From: Anaerolineae bacterium
Lineage (GTDB): Bacteria; Chloroflexota; Anaerolineae; Anaerolineales; UBA4823
Assembly (NCBI GenBank): GCA_037439525.1
Contig: JBBIVW010000001.1
Coordinates: 41,802-105,801, forward strand
Reading direction: 5' to 3'
Length of the DNA: 64,000 nt
Made by a program: the position numbers and the translations under genes. Below are positions 58,348 to 64,000 of this stretch, piece after piece. The stretch's first letter is position 1; every line of letters begins with the position of its first letter. Under the pieces are notes generated by a model that was given only the letters and a program-made list of their open reading frames with translations, made no database searches and was not told where the DNA came from.

Positions 58348-59102
58348 AGCTCCTCGTAACGCGAGGCGTCCAATTCTTTGCGTAAGCTTTCCTGATCGTT
58401 TAACTCCGAAGGAAGCTCTTCTGCCTGGGCAGCCTCCAACTCCTTCTGCTCCGCCTCGCGCAGTCGGTCCATCGGTTCGGCACGCACCACGCTCCACTTG
58501 CCACAATGCGGGCAGCGCTCCAGCTTCCCAGTCAACATATTGGGGGACCAGATGTGCCGGGCAAACGGGCGATGGCACTTTGGACAGATTGCCCCTCCTG
58601 CAATACCATAATTGCGAGGCGTGCCTGGAGGCAGTGTGGGTTGCTTTTTCCTTTGGATAAAAGTAACCGCAAAAGAAATCCCCATGGCGAGGAACACGAG
58701 CGCCACCAGCGGCAGGGTAATGCGCGCCGCGGCCTCCCAACCCTCTTCAGCGCTGACGAACTCCACGCGAATCACGTTGGATTCTAAGCGCTCCCCCTGC
58801 GCCGTCTCCCCAACGGCGTGAATCTCATGCACGCCTAGGGGATAATCATCGGTGCGAAAGCGTAAACGAAAAGGAGCTTCGGTGACCACACCGAGGACAT
58901 CTCCATCCAGGTAGTAGGTCACCCGCACCAAATTCTCTGGCGCATCTGCGCGTAGACTGAAATTCCCCTGGATCCTCCCAGTGCCGGATGAATAGCCAAA
59001 GTCGCGCGCAAGGCGTATTCTCAGCGCCGGCTCTTGCGCCTGTACGGGCAAAGCAATGATCAGGCTGACCAGCAATATCATCCAAAGCGAAGCCTTTTTC
59101 AT
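58344..59102 (-). CDS. bitopic membrane protein: signal peptide, Ig-like ectodomain, TM, cytoplasmic Zn-ribbon and acidic coiled tail
   Basis: MKKASLWMILLVSLIIALPVQA signal. YYLDGDVLGVVTEAPF Ig-like stretch. TM segment ITLPLVALVFLAMGISFAV. CPKC..CPHC ribbon. An alternative ATG lies at 59132. Confidence 0.55.
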   Translation of the reverse strand: MKKASLWMILLVSLIIALPVQAQEPALRIRLARDFGYSSGTGRIQGNFSLRADAPENLVRVTYYLDGDVLGVVTEAPFRLRFRTDDYPLGVHEIHAVGETAQGERLESNVIRVEFVSAEEGWEAAARITLPLVALVFLAMGISFAVTFIQRKKQPTLPPGTPRNYGIAGGAICPKCHRPFARHIWSPNMLTGKLERCPHCGKWSVVRAEPMDRLREAEQKELEAAQAEELPSELNDQESLRKELDASRYEEL

Positions 59103-59122
59103 AGCAGTTTGTTTCTCCAATG

Positions 59123-59914
59123 TTATTTCCATCGAGTTAGGATCGTCTCACGCTGGAAGAGACGTTCGGCAAAATACAGCAGAATGGCATCCACGATGAT
59201 CAACAGCACTGCCGCGACCAACACCAATTGACGGTTGATGACCACCAGGCCGGCAAACTGAGCAAAGAAAAACCCCAAGACCGGTAGGATCACCACCATA
59301 GAGAGTTGCTCGGCGACGCGTGGGTCATTCACCCGCGAGGAAACCATCACACTGATCAACACCGCCATAAACGCCATCAACGGTCCCACAAGGAAGATCG
59401 CCAACAGCCAGCGCGCGTCTAACACCGCAGAGATAAACAATCGATTGGGTACAAGGAGCCACGCGCCCAGGGCAAATAAACCAAATGCGGCATAGGTGGC
59501 GACGACAGCAGGTAGCACTGCCGCCAGGCTCTTCCCCGCCAGCAATTCAAGGGTGGTAATCGGCGTCGCCAGGAGCGGTTCCAGACTGCGTGTGGTCTTT
59601 TCTCCGACAATGGAATAAGCGGCAATCGTCGCCGGGATGGCCAGCGGCAGGATCATAAACATCATCATGAATTGACTCACCATGAAGACTTGAAAGCAAT
59701 CCCCTCCGCTCAGCCCGGAAGGGCAGTACGCCGAGAATGCATCGGGCATTTCCGTGGTCAGATCCGCCATACCTCCTTCACTGCGCAGAGCAAAAAGGAT
59801 GCCCAGGGGTATCACGGTCATGATTAGGGGTAAAAAGGCAACCGTGAACAGCACCATGCGGTTCTTGAACACCTCAGCCCACTCTTTGCGCACCATAATA
59901 CAGACTTTATTCAT
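59123..59914 (-). CDS. ABC-2 type transporter permease
   Basis: Start moved to ATG 59914 (GAGAGGTG SD, 11 nt after the ATPase stop). Six hydrophobic segments. Confidence 0.75.
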   Translation of the reverse strand: MNKVCIMVRKEWAEVFKNRMVLFTVAFLPLIMTVIPLGILFALRSEGGMADLTTEMPDAFSAYCPSGLSGGDCFQVFMVSQFMMMFMILPLAIPATIAAYSIVGEKTTRSLEPLLATPITTLELLAGKSLAAVLPAVVATYAAFGLFALGAWLLVPNRLFISAVLDARWLLAIFLVGPLMAFMAVLISVMVSSRVNDPRVAEQLSMVVILPVLGFFFAQFAGLVVINRQLVLVAAVLLIIVDAILLYFAERLFQRETILTRWK

Positions 59915-59924
59915 CAGGCACCTC

Positions 59925-60833
59925 TCACGCGTTGCGCACCAACTGCAGGTACACATCCTCCAAAGAGCGGCGCAACTCACCCACAAACTGGATATCCACT
60001 CCCTGGTTGACCAGCTTACGGATGATCTCAGGGTTATGCACTTCGGGTTCATCCAGAGTCACGACGAGTTTACCATCGATCAACTCTACATGATGGACGA
60101 AGGGGAAGGCGCGCACTTCATCGACCAGAGTTTGGGCGGCTTCACGCAGGTGAAAGACCACTTTTCGTCCATACAATTGCCGACGCAAGTTGCCCGGCGT
60201 ATCCACCACCAGCAGCCGCGTTTTGAACACAGCGATGCGCTCACACAGGCGATCGGCTTCGTCCAGGTTGTGCGTGCACATGAAAATCGTGCGCCCTTCC
60301 TGGCTCAAGATAGCAATGAAATCGCGCACCAGGCGGGCAGCTTCGGGGTCCAACCCTGCGGTAGGTTCATCCAGGAAGAGGATCTTCGGCTCGTGCAACA
60401 AGGCGCGTGCGATTGCCAGTTTCTGGCGCATACCTTTCGAAAATGTGCCTACGTGGTCGAAACGTCGCTCCCACAATCCCAACATGCGCAGATATTTTTC
60501 CACCTGTCCATCGATATCTTCCACGTCGTACAACGCAGCAAAGATGCGCAGGTTGTATTCCGCGCTCAGGTTGTCGTACAGCCCTGGAGATTCGGTCAGC
60601 ACCCCCACACAACGACGGATGTTTTGATCGTCCTTGCCGATTTCAAAGCCGTTCACTACAGCTCTGCCTGAGGTGGGGGCGATGAGGCTGGACAGCATGC
60701 GCACGGTGGTCGTTTTGCCTGCGCCGTTGGGACCTAAAAAGCCGAATACCTCCCCTTCATTCACCTGAATGGAAAGCGCCTCAACGGCGGTGATTTGATC
60801 GAACTTTTTAGTCAAATTTTCGGTGATAATCAT
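59925..60833 (-). CDS. ABC transporter ATP-binding protein
   Basis: GFLGPNGAGKTT Walker A, the signature region FSKGMRQK, and Walker B ILFLDEPT. Confidence 0.9.
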   Translation of the reverse strand: MIITENLTKKFDQITAVEALSIQVNEGEVFGFLGPNGAGKTTTVRMLSSLIAPTSGRAVVNGFEIGKDDQNIRRCVGVLTESPGLYDNLSAEYNLRIFAALYDVEDIDGQVEKYLRMLGLWERRFDHVGTFSKGMRQKLAIARALLHEPKILFLDEPTAGLDPEAARLVRDFIAILSQEGRTIFMCTHNLDEADRLCERIAVFKTRLLVVDTPGNLRRQLYGRKVVFHLREAAQTLVDEVRAFPFVHHVELIDGKLVVTLDEPEVHNPEIIRKLVNQGVDIQFVGELRRSLEDVYLQLVRNA

Positions 60834-60839
60834 CTTCAG

Positions 60840-61748
60840 CTACTCGTATCGGGATTCATCCAAATGTTCCTTGTCGAGAGGCGTCTCCTCGAGCGCTTTT
60901 TGCACAGCTTGTGCCTGCTCTGATGGCGAGGATGTAGGGACCACCTCCACAGCCGAGCCGAGGAGTTGTGCATCCGCTTCTTCCCCTCTCAGGATGAAAA
61001 TGATCACCACGTTGACCACAGCAAAACAACCCAGCACCAATTCTGCCAGGTACGGTCCCGCGAGGTCGAAGACCATCAATGCGGCGGCGTTGATGAGCGC
61101 GTGCCAGAGCACTGCCATCCACAACCAGCGGCTTTGTTTTCGAATAAAAACCTGCAGCACGAGCAATGCAGCCGCGATGTGAAACGGGAGGGTCAAAGCC
61201 CGCTCCAGGGCGCCCAGGAGGTTATCGTACCATGGTGAGCCCCAATATGCAGCAAGCTGCTGCTGGGCCAGGGGGATTTGCTCGGCCGGCACAAGCTGGT
61301 TGATATCCGCCTGGCGCGCGGCAACCATGCCGATGAAATTCACCAACACCAGGGCTCCCAGCAGAATCGCCTCTGCACCACCATGCCCCGCGCCAAACAG
61401 CACCCCGTCCTTCCAGCGGCGTGCGTCTCTGATCCACCAGCGATACGAGGCGTAGCGCGCCAGTTCCTCGAACAATCCAGCGCTCAGCCCAGCCAGCAAC
61501 GCCGAGACGGGTAGCTCCCACGGTCCGCTCGGTGTGGGCAAGACCCCTCTCACGAAGAGCAGGTTGAGCACCTGATTGAAAGGGATATGCCCGATTTGGG
61601 AAATAACAAACGTCGCCGCGCCGATCCACCAGACGCGCCATCCTAATTTAAATTTTCGCGTGAGCAGCCACCCCACAAAGAGCGGCAGCAAAACCATGAT
61701 CAGGCCATTAGATAGGTGGCTGAGAAAAGCAGCATCAATTTGATTCAC
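60840..61748 (-). CDS. YhfC-family intramembrane metalloprotease-like protein
   Basis: Multi-TM protein with GLFEELARY and FGAGHGGAEAILLG motifs, recalled from the YhfC/CPBP-type families. Confidence 0.7.
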   Translation of the reverse strand: MNQIDAAFLSHLSNGLIMVLLPLFVGWLLTRKFKLGWRVWWIGAATFVISQIGHIPFNQVLNLLFVRGVLPTPSGPWELPVSALLAGLSAGLFEELARYASYRWWIRDARRWKDGVLFGAGHGGAEAILLGALVLVNFIGMVAARQADINQLVPAEQIPLAQQQLAAYWGSPWYDNLLGALERALTLPFHIAAALLVLQVFIRKQSRWLWMAVLWHALINAAALMVFDLAGPYLAELVLGCFAVVNVVIIFILRGEEADAQLLGSAVEVVPTSSPSEQAQAVQKALEETPLDKEHLDESRYE

Positions 61749-61810
61749 ACTTCCTTCCGATCTCGCGTCCCTTCGATGCCTATAGAAGGGATAGTTCGCG
61801 TGTTTTGGGT

Positions 61811-63532
61811 TTACGATTCGAAAATCGCATCCATCTCGTCCGTCGAGACGTCAAACACAGCGTTGGTGGGTGGTAATGGTTCGCGCTGCATCCATTCCGG
61901 CAGGCGATCATGGGCAGTGGTGAACCCCGCTTTGCGGTTGAATTCACGCTCCATTAAAATCGTCTCCCGCCCCAATTGTGCCAACACGTTTGCAGGCACC
62001 TCCCATCCATAGCGTGCTTTGAGCAACATAGGGATAACTTCGGTGTCCGCGGCGAAGCCAAAGCCGGCAAAGATGCAAGCCCCCAGGCTGTCGTAGCCGG
62101 CCATGTTAAACTGCGCCTTGCGTGAAAGCTCTACCTGACCTTTCGGGTCGGTATGGTCCACCTTCGCCCGCAATGTGAGGCCAGCGGTATGGTCAGCGCC
62201 TTGGGGCGAGGTGGCGTACGTCACGCCGGTGCCTTTGACCGCGCGCGGATCATACGCGGAAATGGCCTGGTTCTTCACCGTTGGAACGCGCTCCACGCCG
62301 AACACCTGGCCGGTGATCGCTGCCCCGTTGCCCAGCACGCGCCCCAGAGGGGTGCCGCGCCGAATCTCGTCCAACAGTTCCAACGCTCGCTCGGCGTCAC
62401 CAAAGGACATCAAACCCGACTCGGCCGCCACGCCTAAAGCAGAGCCAATATCGATGGAATCCAACCCCAGATCGTTGACCACATAGTTCAGCCGCGCCAC
62501 CTCATCCAGGCTGGCGATGCCCAAGTTGGAGCCCATCAAGCCGATGGTTTCATACTCCAATGGAGAAACGGTCGTCTTTCCGTCTTCTGTGACGAAGACA
62601 TTCGAGCTTTTGATTGCGCAGCCTGCCATGCAGGCATGTGAAGGGTCGCAGCGCCCGCCGCGCTGTAAAAGCACCTCGCGCAGATGCTCGCCAGAGAGTT
62701 GTTCGGCGTGTTCAAATGTGCCTTGAGAAAAGTTGCGTGTGGGCAACACGCCAAACGTCTGGCAAAGCTGCAAGATGCCTGCCGTGCCGTAATCATGGTA
62801 GGTCTTGGTCTGGGGGTGATCCATCAGGGCTTTGGTGTACCGCTTGCGCGCCTCCTTGAACAACTCCTGATCCACGATGGGCGGCGCCGCGCCACCGCTG
62901 CCGTCGATGACGATGGCCTTCAAGCCTTTGCTGGCCATTACAGCACCCAACCCGCCACGCGCGGCGATGCGCGCGGGCACGCCATCCTTATCTACGTTCT
63001 GGATGCCCGCCGTGCGCAAACGCATCTCACCCCCTGGCCCAATGAGGGCGACGGCAACCTCTGAGCCATATTCCTGCAGGAGGCGCTCACCGGTGGCATA
63101 GACCCCTAACCCGCGCAGGTGTTCCGCGGAGGCAAAGCGCGCTCCTTCCGCGCTTAGGTGCAGCAAGTACAAGCCCTCATCCGTTGGCTTGTCTTCGAGA
63201 ATCAAGGCCTTGATGCCCAATCGGCTGAGTTGTAGACCGGTGCGCCCGCCAGCGTTGGCTTCTTTCACCCCGCCGGTGAGCGGGCTTTTTCCCCCGATGG
63301 AGATTCGGTCGCAACTGGAGAGCATATGTCCGACGAGCAAGCCGGGGGCGAAGATCAGCTTGTTTTTCGGACCAAGCGGGTCGCAGGTGGCTTCGACTTC
63401 GTCCAATAGAATGCGCGCCAGCAATCCACGACCGCCGAGGCGTTCCCAAGATGGAGGCACGGGCTCGCGCCGAAACTCGCGCGTGCGCATATTGACTCTC
63501 CAGACAGTAAAGAAGGAGGTGGTGGAGTTCAT
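61811..63532 (-). CDS. aor: aldehyde:ferredoxin oxidoreductase (tungstopterin AOR family)
   Basis: 573-aa ORF, AOR-like throughout (GGRGLLARIL, an N-terminal domain, a C-terminal CxxC...C cluster region, DTEVIPMLL). Confidence 0.85.
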   Translation of the reverse strand: MNSTTSFFTVWRVNMRTREFRREPVPPSWERLGGRGLLARILLDEVEATCDPLGPKNKLIFAPGLLVGHMLSSCDRISIGGKSPLTGGVKEANAGGRTGLQLSRLGIKALILEDKPTDEGLYLLHLSAEGARFASAEHLRGLGVYATGERLLQEYGSEVAVALIGPGGEMRLRTAGIQNVDKDGVPARIAARGGLGAVMASKGLKAIVIDGSGGAAPPIVDQELFKEARKRYTKALMDHPQTKTYHDYGTAGILQLCQTFGVLPTRNFSQGTFEHAEQLSGEHLREVLLQRGGRCDPSHACMAGCAIKSSNVFVTEDGKTTVSPLEYETIGLMGSNLGIASLDEVARLNYVVNDLGLDSIDIGSALGVAAESGLMSFGDAERALELLDEIRRGTPLGRVLGNGAAITGQVFGVERVPTVKNQAISAYDPRAVKGTGVTYATSPQGADHTAGLTLRAKVDHTDPKGQVELSRKAQFNMAGYDSLGACIFAGFGFAADTEVIPMLLKARYGWEVPANVLAQLGRETILMEREFNRKAGFTTAHDRLPEWMQREPLPPTNAVFDVSTDEMDAIFES

Positions 63533-63683
63533 CGTTATTCTCCTGGTTTGAAAATGCCTGTATCCATGCAGGAAATTATAAACGATGGAGCGCCGAACCG
63601 TTGGATTAGTCTATACGGCTGTAATCAGGCGATCATCCCAAAAGAAACTCCAGAGGCGTAGCTTACCGACGCGTCTTCCCATC

Positions 63684-63860
63684 ACAAAATCACATCTGTA
63701 GCTGAGATTTCCATATCTCGCTCATCGGGGTATGGAAATCCAGGCCACAAAACCACATCCATAGCAGAGATTTCCAAATCTCGCTCATCAGGGTATGGAA
63801 ACCCCGGCTACAAAACTCGCTGCTGAGATGTCCAAATCTCGCACTATAGCCTCGAAATTC
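63684..63860. repeat. 2.5 tandem copies (63-bp and 58-bp spacing) of a unit containing the dyad GAGAT-N6-ATCTC
   Basis: Units start near 63684, 63747 and 63810. Units 1 and 2 are ~87% identical over the full length. Dyads lie at 63704-63719, 63767-63782 and 63825-63840. Confidence 0.7.
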
Positions 63861-63911
63861 CCTAAAAAATGCGATCCTTTGGTGTATAAAGCAGGTTATA
63901 TAATATCCCAT

Positions 63912-63938
63912 GAAAAAAGGGAGCGGTCATTCACCGCT
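63912..63938 (-). terminator. rho-independent terminator of a minus-strand gene lying beyond the window end
   Basis: The minus strand reads agcggt-gaatg-accgct followed by cccTTTTTT. Confidence 0.55.
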
Positions 63939-64000
63939 TGACGATGATCTGAACCATGTTTGCTTTGTTTCTCTAAACCTCGGGTGAAATGCGTCTTTGG

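Noticed and set aside
58348-58740. N-terminal ~130 codons of the 590-aa ORF for the beta-propeller protein
   Set aside because: This part overlaps the well-formed upstream gene (58344-59102) and has a Gly/Arg/Ala-rich composition. The lipoprotein signal begins near 58299-58347.
59754-60671. 305-aa plus-strand ORF opposite the ABC ATPase and permease
   Set aside because: It is antisense to an ABC ATPase with Walker A, signature and Walker B motifs, so I treat it as a shadow ORF.
63684-63860. Possible CRISPR array (about 63-bp periodicity)
   Set aside because: The whole 63-bp unit is conserved between copies (~87% identity), so there are no unique spacers. There are only 2.5 units and no cas genes in the window. 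I classify it as a tandem repeat.
63690-63911. 73-aa minus-strand ORF with the repeated peptide HT(L/P)MSEIWKS(L/Q)L
   Set aside because: The repetition simply reflects translation through the tandem DNA repeat. No SD, and it runs through a terminator-proximal intergenic region.

Overview
64-kb chromosomal window with about 63 protein-coding genes, three gene remnants and no rRNA, tRNA or CRISPR array that I could detect. The gene content suggests a Chloroflexota-like (Anaerolineae-type) genome, but I could not verify this without a database search. That content includes a caa3-type oxidase operon with SCO/SURF1/CtaA-CtaB, F420-type LLM and DUF385 enzymes, ppdK, glgA-glgC-malQ, a Tat-signal L,D-transpeptidase and many soluble two-component proteins.

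Layout:
- 0-9.3 kb: mixed housekeeping genes, plus a Zn-ribbon/pseudokinase/AlbA_2 fusion.
- 9.5-17.1 kb: eight-gene cytochrome c oxidase and assembly operon.
- 17-21 kb: L,D-transpeptidase and ppdK.
- 21.0-22.1 kb: decayed locus with a TPR pseudogene, a REP-like repeat and a truncated RAYT/IS200-like transposase.
- 23.4-27.6 kb: rplU-rpmA-rpmE, tdk, hpt, cca.
- 27.5-36.3 kb: two-component genes and a nine-gene coupled operon around an orphan CpaF-type ATPase.
- 36.4-47.6 kb: dsbA-like, pduO-type adenosyltransferase, Zn-ribbon/MoxR/VWA triad, CDF transporter, glycogen genes, rhodanese.
- 48.3-55.1 kb: low-GC block with an ECF transporter, amidohydrolase-fold protein, TetR and acyl-CoA ligase.
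- 55.1-63.5 kb: ABC-operon deletion scar, DUF385, rubrerythrin, a five-gene YhfC/ABC-2/envelope operon and aldehyde:ferredoxin oxidoreductase.
- 63.7-63.9 kb: tandem dyad-containing repeat.

Most noteworthy:
- the CpaF/MshEN-histidine-kinase operon;
- the pseudokinase-AlbA_2 fusion;
- the receiver-like extension on cytochrome oxidase subunit II;
- L31 fused to an RNAP alpha-CTD-like domain;
- a perfect 43-bp palindrome that encodes two divergent promoters;
- a REP-like repeat family next to a RAYT remnant.

All family calls come from motif recognition by eye. No searches were run.
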